Part shown: positions 38,633 to 51,113 of the stretch, piece after piece
Position numbering within the stretch: the first letter of the stretch is position 1
Layout: every line of letters starts with the position of its first letter
Assembly: GCF_035084215.1 (NCBI RefSeq)
Contig: NC_090368.1
Span: 4,712,001 to 4,776,000 of the forward strand
DNA length: 64,000 bases
From: Heptranchias perlo
Lineage: Eukaryota
Reading direction: 5' to 3'
Position numbers and translations under genes: made by a program
Notes under the pieces: generated by a model
What the model saw: the letters and a program-made list of their open reading frames with translations, nothing else
Database searches by the model: none
Told to the model about the DNA's origin: nothing

Positions 38633-40329
38633 TAGACTTGATCCCAAATTGAAGACAAGACCCCTTGACTTCAACAATGAGCCAACCTTTGAGGTTGGGG
38701 AGCAGGAAATTTGGTTGTGTTATCTATCATTAGTAGGTTCAGCACAGGAGGAGGACGTTCAGCCCATCCTTTCTGCCCTGGCTCTTTGGGTTGCAAATTT
38801 AACTAGAACTGTTTTCCCCTCCCAAACGCCACCCCCATCCATTTGATCTTCGCCAAAGCCAACTCTTGTTTGGGGGTGGAGGTAGCCTTTTTTTTTGCAA
38901 TCAATCCCTGACGTGGAATGATACGGCACAGAAGAAGGTCATTCGGCCCATTGCGCCCTGTGCTGGCTCTTTGAATGAGCCAGTCCACCTCTCCCCGCAC
39001 CCCCCTGCTCTTTCCCTGTAGCCCATAAAAAATTTTGCCCCTTCAAGTATCATCTGCTATCAAAAGAAGGAACTTCCATTTCTATTGCGCCTTTCAGGAG
39101 GACCCAAAGTGCATTACAGCCAATGAAGTACTTTTTGAAGTGCGGTCACTGCTGTAATGTAGGAAATGTGGCAGCCAATTTGCGCACAGCAAGATCCCAC
39201 AGAAAGCAATGCGATAGTGACCAGATCATCTGTTTTATTAGCGACTATCTTATATTTATGGCCCCTCGTCTTGGACTTCCCCATAACATCTTCACTCCGT
39301 CAACCCCTTCATAATTTTAAAGACCTCTATCAGGTCGCCTCTCAGTCTTCTCTTTTATAGAGAAAATCCATTATATTGTGACATTATATCAACAACAACT
39401 TGCATTTACGTAGCGTCCTTAATGTAGAAAAGATCTTACAGCACGTCATAGGGCATGGCATTATTGACATGTACCGTAATGATCATGAATAGAACATAAG
39501 GCATGGAAAACTGGCTTAAAAACAGAAGCAAACGTATATCCATAAATGAGAACTGTTCAGGGAGGATAACGGTTATATGCAGGATGTCCCAAAGTTCCTT
39601 TTTCGGACCTTGCTATTTTCAAGATATATATCAACGGATGTCCCATAAGCTAAGTCAGCGGACGCACTATTTTATAATGACAAGACTGCTGTACAACATA
39701 ATAACAAGGGGAATGTTCGCACCTTGACAGTCCTTCACTTAGAAGAAAGCTGTCTGCCTTTAATCACAGAATTTTACAGCACAGAAAGAGGCCAATCAGC
39801 CCATCATACCTGTGCCGGCTCTTTGAAAGAGCTATCCAGTTAGTCCCACTCTGCCCCTGCTCTTTCCCAATAACCCTGTGCTCGAGAAGTCATCTTGAGG
39901 TCACTTTTGTTAATTGTACCCAGGTGATTTATATCAATTAGTGTTAATTATATCAGGTGGTGGGTATCAAATGGGGACTCTCTTGCATCCATTTATAGGA
40001 GGGAGCTTATTTGGGGGGTGCACAATGTGTAAGGATGATCTCTGTGAATAAAGGCTTGGAAGCAACTGAAGATCAGGCTCCAGTATTCCATCCTTCACCA
40101 CCTGGCGATCCAACTTTTTACAATTTTGAGGGAATTCGCTGTTGCAGATGAAAGTTTGTCTGGTTTACACGGTCTTTAATAGTATAAATTTCCATGAATA
40201 AACAAAAACGATCTTATAAAACGCGGAGATGTCAACATTTGGTCCGTTTCCAAGCAGAAAAACAACCTTTAATTACCAAAAATTGTTTATTATCATTGTT
40301 CAGAGGAGGGAACTTTTTTTTTTAAGGCT

Positions 40330-40930
40330 GTATGTAGTGACATCACAAGTCCCAGTCAGAATGGAGATGATTGGGTAATTCCCCCGTCAATCACGCCTGG
40401 AGACCGCACGGCTGTAAGTGACTGGGATCGATTTTACGCACATTATTTGTATTGTGTGACTATCTGCATTTTGATGGAGAAATAATCCTGCTTTTGTCAG
40501 TAGGCTTTTGGCCATGAGTTCCGTTTGCTGTAGTTCATTGAGACTCTGTTTAAATAGACTCTGTTTGCTGATGGACTCTGTTTGCTGAAAGACTTTGTTT
40601 GCTGTAGTGTGTAGAGACTCTGTTTCAAATAGGCTCTGATGTTAGAATCATAGAAAGGTTACAGCATGGAAGGAGGCCATTCGGCCCATCGAGACCACGC
40701 CAGTTCTATGCAAGAGCAATCCAGCTAGTCCCATTTCCCCGTAGCCCTGCAAATTTTTTCCTTTCAAGTACTTATTTGCTGAGTAACGAGACTGGGTCTG
40801 CTGTACGTCCCGCCCCAATTCCAACTCATTGGCTGATACAGTGATGACAACATTGTGAGCTAAAATGAGGAGGGAAGGACTTGCTGTGATTGACGCGAAT
40901 GGCAGCCAATCAGGAGGGATAATTCAAATT
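40330..40930 (+). mobile_element. Unclassified interspersed repeat (other copies at 49620-49990 and inverted at 51400-51765)
   Basis: cccagtcagaatggagatgatt..gtaattccc..tcaatcacgcctggagacc..gtaagtgactgggat followed by ctctgtttgctgtag subrepeats. Confidence 0.75.
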
Positions 40931-41509
40931 CCTCTTCCAGATTAAGGTTAAATCACTTGAAAAAAATAAACTAAAGTACTATTCAACTTTTCTATTGAGA
41001 AAAATAAATCCATTCTCCATAAACTATCTTTCTGTTCCCAAAATGTTAAGAAAAGAAACCACAGATGCTGATAAGCATAAATGTTGTCTGACTGAAATAA
41101 AAAATAAGCACTTCATAATAGAAAAGGGGTTGTTATATTTTAAATTTGAAACTTGCCTGAACTAAAACTTTGAGAATTCAATTTGTTTCAAATTCCTTTT
41201 TTTAAAAAAAAAAGAAATCCTCACAGGATGAGGACAGACACCCTGATACTTCACTTCAGAGATAGCTACTGACGCTTGCTGGTAAATTGTGCAAACAGCA
41301 TATGCTCAGAATTCGCAGATGTGGTTGGTAATGACCTTCAACTGTTCAGGCGGAAAATATCCAGGTCAAAGCATTGGCTTTGAGACAGGCTGGGGCCTTG
41401 CAGGAAAAAGCTTTAATAAAAGGTATTAAAAGACAAAAAAAACAAATTAACAGATCGATTTAATCATGTTGTTGTGAAACACATAACTTTTGCTGATATT
41501 TTTATTTTG

Positions 41510-41582
41510 TTTCTCAGTAACTGAGATTTCCAATGTCCCAAAAAAGTTTTTTTGGACATTGGAAATCTCAGTTACTGAGAAA
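41510..41582. repeat. Inverted repeat with perfect 29-bp arms
   Basis: tttctcagtaactgagatttccaatgtcc / ggacattggaaatctcagttactgagaaa. Confidence 0.95.
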
Positions 41583-42149
41583 AAAAATGGCGCATTATTT
41601 TTTTTCCCCTCTTAAAGCATTTTGAGTGATTCCATTGCTTCACCTGTTTTTAATTGGTAGGTTCTCATGACTGGTCATTCATAAATTTTTCACTGGTAGT
41701 CTTTCGAGTCACTTCTCTAGCTTTTGATCTCCACATTCCTTACTTCTGATTTGCTGCTGTTCTACTTTGGGCCAATCAACAAAGTGTGATAGGGAATGTA
41801 TGATGGGGAAACTGTGATAGCAAATAAATGACACTTGCAAAAAGTGTATGGCATATGCAAAACTTTAATATATCATAAATCTATCTGTAATATATTTTTA
41901 AAAATCTACACACACTTATGATGCCCACATTTAAAATAGAAACTGCCTATGTACCACTATAATTACGTTCTCCTGCTGGTGATGGTGCTGTCATGCCTCA
42001 GTTTACGTCTCCCAGCCTGTACTGCAGAGAAACTCCTGTGCTCCAAGCAACACTACATCTCTGCTTCTCACAACATGGCAACTTTTGCTATTAAATTATG
42101 AATAATAATTTAATTGTGAATAATATCGACAGTGTTATGTAAAAATAAG

Positions 42150-42490
42150 GACAGATGGGGGTTTGATAGGGTAGGCGCAGAGAAGATGTTTCCGCTTGTG
42201 GGGGAATCCAAAACTAAGGACCATAAATGTAAGATGGCCACAAATAAATCCACTAAGGAATTCAGGAGAAACTTCTTTACCCAGAGAGTGGTGAGAATGT
42301 GGAACTCACTACCATATGGAGTGGTTGAGGCGAATAGCATGGATGTATTTAAGGGGAAGCTTGAGGAAGAAAGGAATAGGATATCCTGATAGGTGAGATG
42401 AAGTAGGGTAGAAGGAGGCTCGTGTGGAGCATAAACACCAACATAGACCAGTTGGGCCGAATGGCCTGTTTCTAGGCTGTAAATTCTATG
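42150..42490 (+). mobile_element. CR1-type LINE 3' fragment
   Basis: GFDRVGAEKMFPLVGESKTKDH…RRNFFTQRVVRMWNSLP. Confidence 0.85.
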
Positions 42491-42714
42491 AATGTATGCC
42501 TTTTAAATGAATAGCTCTTCACACCCTGGTCCAATTATCCCTTGCCCCCTGACCCCGCTTCACCTGAAGACTACACTTAATAACTTTGGGATCATGGGAG
42601 CAATCCAAACAATGAGTTTGCAGAGGCAGTGAGGATAATTTTAGGCACAAGGAATGTAAATAATGAGTCAAGTATAAAGACTAGAAGGCCGCTTAGTTGA
42701 ATTCTCAAAGATTA

Positions 42715-43480
42715 TGAAGTGGTGATGCGTTTTGAGAGAATGAGGAGAGGCAATATAAACTAAATGGTACAATTCTAAAGGGGTTGCAGGAACAGAGAGA
42801 CCTGGCAGTTTACATACAGAAATCTTTGAAGGTGGCAGGACAAGTCGATAAAGCTGTTTTTAAAAAGAAAAAGCACACGGGATCCTGGGCTTTACAAATA
42901 AAGGCACAGAGCACAAAAGCAAGGAAGTTATGTTAAACCGCTATAAATCGATGGTTAGGCCTCAGCTGGAGAATTGTGTCCAATTCCGGGCACCGCACTT
43001 TAGGAAGGATGTCAAGGCCTCGGAGAGAGGGTGCAGAGGAGATTTACCAGAATGGTTCCAGGGACGAGGGACTTCAGTTATGTGGAGAGACTGGAGAAGC
43101 TGGGGTTGTTCTCCTTAGAGAATAGAAGGTTAAGGAGAAGATTTAATACAGATGTTCAAAATCACGAGGGGGTTTGATAGACTAGTCAGGGAGAAACTGT
43201 TCCCTCTGGCAGAGGACACAGATTTTAAGACAATTGGCAAAATCAGAGGAGGAGATGAGGAGACATTTTTTACGCAGCGAGTTGTTATGATCTGGAACGC
43301 GCTGCCTGAAAGGGCGGTGGAAGCAGATTCAATAGTAACTTTCAAAAGGGAATTGGGTTACTTGAAAATTTGAACGGCTCTGAGGGAAGAACAGAGGGAA
43401 CTAAATGGAAAGCTCTTTCAAAAGGGCCAGCACAGGCACGATGGGCCGAATGGCCTCCTTCTGCACTGTATCGTTCTATC
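42715..43480 (+). mobile_element. CR1/HER1-like LINE fragment
   Basis: [24 protein letters not shown]…FFTQRVVMIWNALP. Confidence 0.85.
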
Positions 43481-44714
43481 ACTATCTGAAGGGAATTTAC
43501 AAAGATGACCCAGGCTAATTGTTCACTGTGATGAATGGCGCAAATCCTATGGGACACTAGTAAAAAAAAAATTAGGAGCAAGCAGAGATATCAGGCATAA
43601 CCAGAGGGCAATCACGCTATAGAGGAAATTACCGGTGTAAATGGGTTTTAAGAGGCCACTGGGTGTGTTTCTGGGGAAAGGGGAGATCGAAGGATCTGTT
43701 GGCAGACTATTCTACCATGGAGAGCATCGCCTGAGCTACATCCAAATATACGTACATACTTTTCACTGAATACTAATCCGACCCGTCTCCTCTCCAGCCA
43801 AGGGCACTGAGATCAGTTAACTCAGCACGACTAGGTAATTGAATCTAGTTGGATTTAATTGTCCGTGGTCTGGAATTGGTTTATTTTAATTGTAAGCTTT
43901 GGAATTCCCTCCCTTAACCTCTCCACCTCCTTTTAAGACGCTCCTTAAAACCTCCCTCTTTGACCAAGCTTTTGGTCACCTGTCCTAATATCTCCCTATG
44001 TGGCTCGGTGTCAAATTTTGTTTGATAAACACTGTGAAGCGCCTTGGGAATTTTTAACGACGTTAAAGATGCAAGTTGTTATTATGGTCTTGTATGATCA
44101 ACAGATCCAAGACTTCCATAACTTAAAAGCGAGGGAAATCCAGTTCTGACGCATCGAAGCTGTTGCATTTTCACTTCAATTTCCAAAAGATGATAAACAG
44201 AGTTTCTTGCGTCACCCAGATAAGGCTGGATTTAGCAGCGCCAACACCAGGAGACAGCTTATGGACAGTGGTCTCCCAGAAACCCAAATCGAACAGCACT
44301 TGTAGGTTGAACTGGAGACCCCCGTGGATCTGCTGTCTTTTATTCTAGTTAATTTTTAAAAGAGCTCCTGCCAGCCAAGAGGATCGATTAGCTCCCAAAA
44401 GGTTTCACCTCGTATCTCATTGCATTGCCACGAAGGTATCCGTTACTATTTGTGTTTTGTCTTGCGTTGCTGGATCAAATTACACATAGCATTTGTATTG
44501 TCCTTGTCCCCACCCCAAGGGGATTTCTACACCTGGGACTTTCCATTATACGTGGCTAAATTCAGCATTGCTGGCAGTGGAGCTCCTACTTTTTGTAGTA
44601 AGTTCTTTGTTCTCACGGTGCGGGCGATGCCACGTTTAATGCCAGTTCCTCCCATAATTAAGGCGACTCTGATCACATCGCCTCAGAGTTTGGGAGAGCA
44701 CAGCAACTTTTCCG

Positions 44715-45130
44715 GTCAGCTGTGGCTCAGTGGGCAGCACTCTGGTGCGATCCCCACTCCGGAGACTTGAGCCCATAATCCAGGCCAGCACTCCCAGTGC
44801 CAACACCGAGGGAGCGCTGTACTGTCGGAGGTGCCGTCTCTCGGATGAGCCGTTAAACCGAGGAGCTGTCTGCCTCCCTCAGGTGGATGTGAAAGATCCC
44901 ACGGCATGATTTGAAAAGCAGGGGAGCTCTCCCTGGTGTCCTGGCCAATATTTATCCCTCAACCAAAACCTGAAACAGGTGATCCGGTCATTATCGTATT
45001 GCTGTTTGTGGGATCTTGCTGTGCGCAAATTGGCTGCCTACATTACAACAGTGACTACACCTCAATTGGCTGAAAAGCACTTTGGGACGTGCTGAGGTCA
45101 CGAAAGGTGCTTTAGAAATACAAATCATTC
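44715..45130 (+). mobile_element. Deu-domain tRNA SINE (SacSINE1-like)
   Basis: gtggctcagtggg head; gtgccgtctctcggatgagccgttaaaccgagg core; ccaatatttatccctcaacc. Confidence 0.8.
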
Positions 45131-45146
45131 CTTCTTTGATGGCGTT

Positions 45147-45156
45147 TTTATTTATT
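45147..45156 (-). terminator. PSMB4 poly(A) signal (overlapping AATAAA)
   Basis: Minus strand AATAAATAAA about 160 nt after the stop. Confidence 0.7.
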
Positions 45157-45317
45157 GTTTGTTTTCTCCCTTATTATAAAACATGTACATCGCAGCAAAT
45201 ACAATTAGAAAGATTCAGAGGTGCAGTAGCAAGCGAACAATGGCTTTTACAGTCAGTGTGAAGAGAGGTTTCCGCCTCAGTCCCGTTGGTTCATCAGCTG
45301 TTCTGGTCTTCGTTGTT

Positions 45318-45330
45318 CTACTCAAACCCA
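45318..45330 (-). CDS. PSMB4: PSMB4 exon 8 (…SGFE*)
   Basis: TTTAATTTCAG|T GGG TTT GAG TAG. Confidence 0.9.
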
Positions 45331-46064
45331 CTGAAATTAAAGAAAAAAAAAATGGAACTGCCGTAAGATTAGGGATCGAGGACATTGAGAGGCACACCCC
45401 ACGGCCCTGTGGGTGAATGTACCGTGGGGTATGGTACTGAACTGTGCAAAGTAGGAAGGCCACAGTTCAAGAGTTTGTACAACTATGGGCCCCTGTGGCA
45501 GACCAGGCAAGACGCTCACCCACTTCCCCATATCAGCTCAATGGAGCAAGTACTGGGCCAACAGCTGGAGGACAAGAACTTTACTGAAGAAATTCATTAC
45601 ACTGTGGATTAGTATACTGGACAGATGTGCAGGAGGGAGTGAATTACACTGGGGGTTGGTATACTGGACAGGTGTCAAAGAGGGAGTGAATTTTGTTCTT
45701 CCCGCCAATACCCTCTGCAAAGGACTTTGATTTGAGGGAAAACAGTTGCCCTTGGCTAACTTGCTCATGTTTGACCTTTGATGGTGAATGTTGGGAAGCT
45801 ATTAGACTGTGGAGGGCATCACACCCAAGCCTAATCCCATTCTCAGCTAAAGTCCACACACCAGCATTTCCAGTAAGGGGTTGGGGGGGGGGGGGGGGGG
45901 AAGGGGTCACTGTATAGCAAGTAGGACCCTGAAAACCTGGCTGATAGTGCCCTGGCTCAGATAAGGGAAAGAGGCCAATGACAGTATCCATACTACTGTC
46001 CAGCAAACTCAACCCAGCATAAACCATGGATCAAACCCAGGACTGTCCTGATCTCTCTTAAAAA

Positions 46065-46668
46065 AAAATTCTTGGGATGTGGGCATCGTTGGCGAGGCCA
46101 GTATTCATTGCCCATCCCTAATTGCCCTTGAGAAGGTGGTGGTGAGCCGCCTTCTTGAACCGCTGCAGTCCGTGTGGTGAAGGTTCTCCCACAGTGCTGT
46201 TAGGAAGGGAGTTCCAGGATTTTGACCCAGCGACGATGAAGGAACGGCCGATATATTTCCAAGTCGGGATGGTGTGAGTGACTCGGAGGGGAACGTGCAG
46301 GTGGTGTTGTTCCCATGTACCTGCTGCCCTTGTCCTTCTAGGTGGTAGAGGTCGTGGGTTTGGGAGGTGCTGTCGAAGAAGCCTTGGCGAGTTGCTGCAG
46401 TGCATCCTGTGGATGGTACACACTGCAGCTGCGGTGCGCCGGTGATGGAGGGAGTGGGTGTTTAAGGTGGGGGATGGGGTGCCAATTGAGCGGGCTGCTT
46501 TATCCTGGATGGTGTCGAGTTTAGGGTATTGTTGGAACTGCACTCATCCAGGCAAGTGGAGAGTATTCCATCACACTCCTGACTTGTGCCTTGCAGATGG
46601 TGGAGAGGCTTTGGGGAGTCAGGAGGTGAGCCACTCGCCACAGAATACCCAGCCTCTGACCTGCTCTG
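46065..46668 (-). mobile_element. 3' fragment of the 59-62 kb LINE family
   Basis: IQDKAARSIGTPSPTLNTHSLHHRR…FKKAAHHHLLKGN and the 3' tail. Confidence 0.9.
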
Positions 46669-46788
46669 CATGGCTCGGAGACAGCGATCTCCCGTCAAGG
46701 CTGGTGGGAGGCTCATATTTCCAAACCCCAGCCCCGAGACAGAACGAAGATCACCCCCGTTCCCACCGTGACCCCTCAGCTCGCTCAC

Positions 46789-46877
46789 CTGATCATGTGC
46801 GCTATATCCCAGTTGGTTTCTGCAGACAACGGTCCCTCGATTTCTACCCCAGCCGCGGTTACGGTCGAGATCTCGTA
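46789..46877 (-). CDS. PSMB4: PSMB4 exon 7 ([29 protein letters not shown])
   Basis: CTCGTAG|TAC…ATC AG|GTGAGC; 89 nt. Confidence 0.95.
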
Positions 46878-47189
46878 CTACGAGGCAAACAACAAGCTTA
46901 AGTTACACCGCTGCTGCGATGAGGATTTAAAAGAAAAACATTTTTCAGGAAGGATAATTTCAAATAAATTCCGTTACAGCCGGCCTGCCCGAACCCTATT
47001 AGTTAGGAAACCATTTAAAGGGGAAGTCATTAATCAGCATTGCCACCAGGCTTTTAAAGAATGTCAGGCCTGTGTTAGGGCAAGTTATTGCCCATGGTGC
47101 AATTCCCACAAACTTCTACACTGACCACGTGCAGAGTCACTTGCTGTCTGAACACTGAATCTGACAAAAAATATTTTTGTTACTTATTT

Positions 47190-47618
47190 CATAGAATCTT
47201 ACAGCACAGGAGGCCGTTCGGCCCATCGTGTCTGTGCTGGTTCTTTGAAAGAACTATCCAATTGGTCCCACTCCCCCCTGCTCTTTCCCCATAGCCCCTG
47301 CAAATTTTTCCTTTTCAAGTATTTATCCAATTCCCCTTTTGAAAGTTATTATTGAATCTGCTTCCACCGCCCTTTCAGGCAGCGCATTCCAGATCAGAAC
47401 AACTCGCTGCGTAAAAAACATTCTCCTCATCTCCCCCCTCTGGTTCTTTTGCCAGTTATCTTAAATCTGTGTCCTCTGGTTACCGAGCCTCCTGCCACTG
47501 GAAACAGTTTCTCCTTATTTATTCTATCAAAACCCTTCATGATTTTGCACACCTCGATTAAATCTCCCCTTAACCTTCTCTGCTCTAAGGAGAACAATCC
47601 CAGCTTCTCCAGTCTCTC
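47190..47618 (-). mobile_element. CR1/HER1-like LINE 3' fragment
   Basis: ERLEKLGLFSLEQRRLRGDLIEVCKIMKGFDR…TRGHRFK. Confidence 0.88.
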
Positions 47619-48907
47619 ACCCCTATTTGTTTTTGGACTGTGGGCACAACTGGCAGGGCAGAATTCATTGCCCCTCTTTCGATGCCCTGTTGGTATTAAG
47701 AGCCCACCATGTAGTGTGGGAGTGGTGTCATCAGGTGGCGGGTCCCGTTCCTTAAAAACCCGGCAGCTTTCACCGTTGCTTTTCCTGCTGTTAGTCCACA
47801 AAATTACCAGACTTGTTATCTTGGCATGGGTGGGGATCTGAACTCAGGGCCTCCGGGGCTGTTAATCTGGTACCAGAACCACTAGGCTCCTGTACGCTAA
47901 CCCTAGAACGTCCCAGAGGCAGAGACGACGGCAGCTTACGAGCGAATCCGAAATCATTCGCCTTTGGTCCGACTCTCTGGAATTCCCCCGCCTCTCCACT
48001 TCTCGGCCCTTCTTTTAAAGCCGCAACCTTTGACGTGGCCTTCAGTCACCTCTCCGTGTCGTTCCACGTTACTATTTCTGTGCAAAGCACCCCGGGGAAT
48101 CTTGTACGTTTAAAGGCGCTTTGCCAGAGGCACCAGACACACTCCCGCCGGAGGTCCGGCAGCAATCAGGATTAAAAAAAAGAGTAGGGTGGGTCTTTCC
48201 TCTCTCCATTCGTGTTGGGGGGGGGGGAATGCCAAATCCAACTGCACAGACCAGGATCAGATGTGGAACCTCCCAGGACTGTACAGGTTCAGTTCTGCAC
48301 TGGCCCCCGTTTACCCACATAGTGAGACTGCACCTTAAGCCAGAGCTAAACAGCAAGCGGACTGAACGCAGACAACAGGTGCTGGTAATGGTTCTGCTGT
48401 TGCCATTTACACCTCCTCTGGACCCATCTTTTGTTTCTTTACTTGTCCCATTAGCAACCCCCCTTTTGCCTCGCACCATCAGCCCTTTAGTCAATGAATC
48501 ACTCCTGCCCTATCGCAGATCTGCCGTTAAACCGAGGGCCCCGTCTGAACCTCTCGGGTGGACGTTAAAGATCCCACGGCCACGATTGGAAGAGGGGCAG
48601 GGTGGAGTTCTCCCCGGTGTCCTGAGCAGATATCAACCAACATCACTAAAAACAGATCACATTGCTGTTTGTGGGATCTTGCTGTGCACAAATTGGCTGC
48701 TGTCTCTCCTATATTACGACACTGGGTGTAAAGCGATTTGGGACGTCCTGAGGTCCTGAACGGAGCTCTGTAAATGCAAGTTTTCTTTCCTCCCCCAGCT
48801 CTGTACTTGCTGATAAACTTTTAAATCTCTATCTTCGAATCATAGGAAGGTTGCAGCACAGAAGGAGGCCATTCAGCCCACCCGAGTCCACGCTGGCGGA
48901 CGACTTC

Positions 48908-48946
48908 CGGTTCTGACGAAAGGTCGTCGACCTGAAACATTAACTG
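48908..48946 (+). ncRNA. Minimal hammerhead ribozyme motif in a Penelope-like remnant
   Basis: cggtt CTGACGA a aggtc-gtc-gacct GAAA catt aactg. Confidence 0.5.
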
Positions 48947-49120
48947 TTTTTCTCCCTCCCCCCCCACCCCCCACAGATGCTACCTGACCTGTTGAATGTT
49001 TCCAGCATTCTCTGCCTTTATTTTAGTGTTAAAGCTGCTCGACCCGCCGCCAGTGACCTTAGCTGCCGCCCCCCGGCTCGGGTACCCGTGTTAACCCAGC
49101 ACCCCCCCCACCCCTCTTAC

Positions 49121-49237
49121 CCGGTTGTAGGAGCGCGCATCCCGGTAATACAGGACCTTCAGGCACCGCTCGATCAGCTGACGGGCCTCGTCTTTGGACA
49201 TCAGCGACTGGTTTTCAGCTACTTCCCTCATCAGGGG
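49121..49237 (-). CDS. PSMB4: PSMB4 exon 6 ([39 protein letters not shown])
   Basis: GTCCAG|CCC…CGG|GTAAGA; 117 nt. Confidence 0.96.
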
Positions 49238-49332
49238 CTGGACAGGTGGAAGAGGAACAGTGAGTACAGGGGCAGAAGGAATGAACGGAATAATTAAAAA
49301 GAGCGCACATCGTGCAAGAAAACAGGACTTAC

Positions 49333-49414
49333 CTGTGCCAGGTAAGCCCCGAAACCGGTTGCCACTGTCTGAGACTCGTAGGCAACGCCAAGCTTGTCCA
49401 CATAACCGAGGAAA
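49333..49414 (-). CDS. PSMB4: PSMB4 exon 5 ([27 protein letters not shown])
   Basis: TTCTGTAG|T…CAG|GTAAGT; 82 nt. Confidence 0.96.
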
Positions 49415-50237
49415 CTACAGAAGAAATTTGTTATCAGTTTTTAAAATAAAAATCTGCGTCTATTTGGGCATCTCAGCGTTAACCATTGATGTGTTATCGG
49501 CCACAGGGATCAATGCCAGTGGGCTGCCTCTCAGTGCACAGATCTGACTGGCTCTTGTTACTTCAGCACTGCTGACGACTGGGAGGGCAGGGCCTGGAGG
49601 TGGTGGGAAAGGGCTGCATATAGTCACACTGCTGTTCCCAGCCAGAATGGAGATGATTTGGTAATTCCCTCCTATCAATCACGCCTGGAGACCACACTGC
49701 TGTAAGTGACTGGGATTGATCTCACGCACATAATTCGTATTATGTAACTATCCTCCACTCACTGCATTTTGCTGGAGAAATAATCCTGCTTTGATCAGGA
49801 GAAGTTGCTGTAGTTTCAGTCACGAGTTCTGTTTGCTGTAGTTCGTAGAGACTTGTTTTAAAATGGACTCTGTAGACTGTCTAAATTGACTGTTTGCTGT
49901 AGCGCACTGTTTAATTAGACTGTTTGCTGCGAGTCCTGCCGTAAGTCCCACCCCGCCTCCAACTCATTGGCTGACACAGGTGGTGTCAAGCGACACTCTG
50001 GGTGGAGAAAGTGCATTAATGAACCAGTTGGACTTTAATGACAATCCAGCATCTCCCACAGTCATTGTGTGGTGCTAAATTATTGGATTCAATCTCACCA
50101 CGTGCCATAACCTCCCAACCCCAGTCCAATCCCTGTGCCCATGGCAGGTTGAGGGTTCGAGGCTGACCAATATGCCCTGGCCCTGCACGTTCCTTTTGAT
50201 CAGCGTGCATAGCTCCCCCTTTATTTGTTAAAATTAC

Positions 50238-50300
50238 CTTTCGCCGTTGCTCATTCCGCCGATGATAACCGTATTCCACAGAGGGTTCATCTTACACCTC
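50238..50300 (-). CDS. PSMB4: PSMB4 exon 4 (RCKMNPLWNTVIIGGMSNGE)
   Basis: TTTTACAG|G…AG|GTAATT; 63 nt. Confidence 0.93.
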
Positions 50301-50459
50301 CTGTAAAAAGGGAAAAAGACAGACTTGAACGAGGCAGCACAAGTTTGCAGCTCTTGGTCAGCAAGTAGGGTCTCCCGCCCCAGGAGACCCCACTCTCGTG
50401 CATCGACTGACCTACGTTCTCTGGGACAGAAACAATGTTCCGTTTAACATGGCTGCCGT

Positions 50460-50882
50460 CAACAACAACAACATGCATCTATATAGCGCCTTTAACGCAG
50501 TAAAACATCCCCGAGGTGCTTCACAGGAGCGATTATCAAACAAAATTTGACACTGAGCCACATAAGACGATACGAGGACGGGTGACCAAAAGCTTGGTCC
50601 AAGAGGTAGGTTTTAAGGAGGGGCTTAAAAAGGAGAGAGAGGCAGAGAGGTTTAGGGAGGGAATTCCAGAGTTTAGGGCCGAGGCAGCTGAAGGCATGGC
50701 CGCCAATGGTGGAGCGATGAAAAATCAGAGGATGTGCAAGAGGCCCGAGTTGGAGGAGGGCAGAGATCTATGAGGGGTGTAGGGCTGGAGGAGGTCACAG
50801 AAATAGGGAACGGGGAGGCCATGGAAGGAATTTAAAAATCAAGGAGTTGCCGGGCCGGGAGCCAATGTAGGTCAGCGAGCCA
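50460..50882 (-). mobile_element. L2-type LINE 3' fragment
   Basis: Reverse of the L2 tail; LADLHWLP motif. Confidence 0.8.
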
Positions 50883-51029
50883 CTGTAAAAGGAGAAAACG
50901 CTGCTGTGGCTGGACGCATAAAGCTACCCCACGACTCGGCCGTAAAAACCAAAGTGCTAGGGTGTCATGCACCAGACGTGGACACGATGGGGCTCGGGTG
51001 TGAGGGTCGACCTGCCTGCCAACACTCAC

Positions 51030-51113
51030 CTGTTGTACATGACTCTGGTCAGCCAGGAATGGATCGCTTTCGGACTGTAGCTGTGACCGTCTCCAAGAAG
51101 TTCTTCATCAATC
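51030..51113 (-). CDS. PSMB4: PSMB4 exon 3 ([28 protein letters not shown])
   Basis: TTCCTAG|G…AG|GTGAGT; 84 nt. Confidence 0.95.

Noticed and set aside
37955-38677. 240-aa Arg/Glu/Gly ORF
   Set aside because: Translation of a CT microsatellite spanning an N gap.
44715-44790. tRNA-like A/B box sequences
   Set aside because: Heads of tRNA-derived SINEs, not tRNA genes.
48121-48759. 212-aa plus-strand ORF
   Set aside because: Patchwork of SINE and Penelope fragments within a PSMB4 intron.
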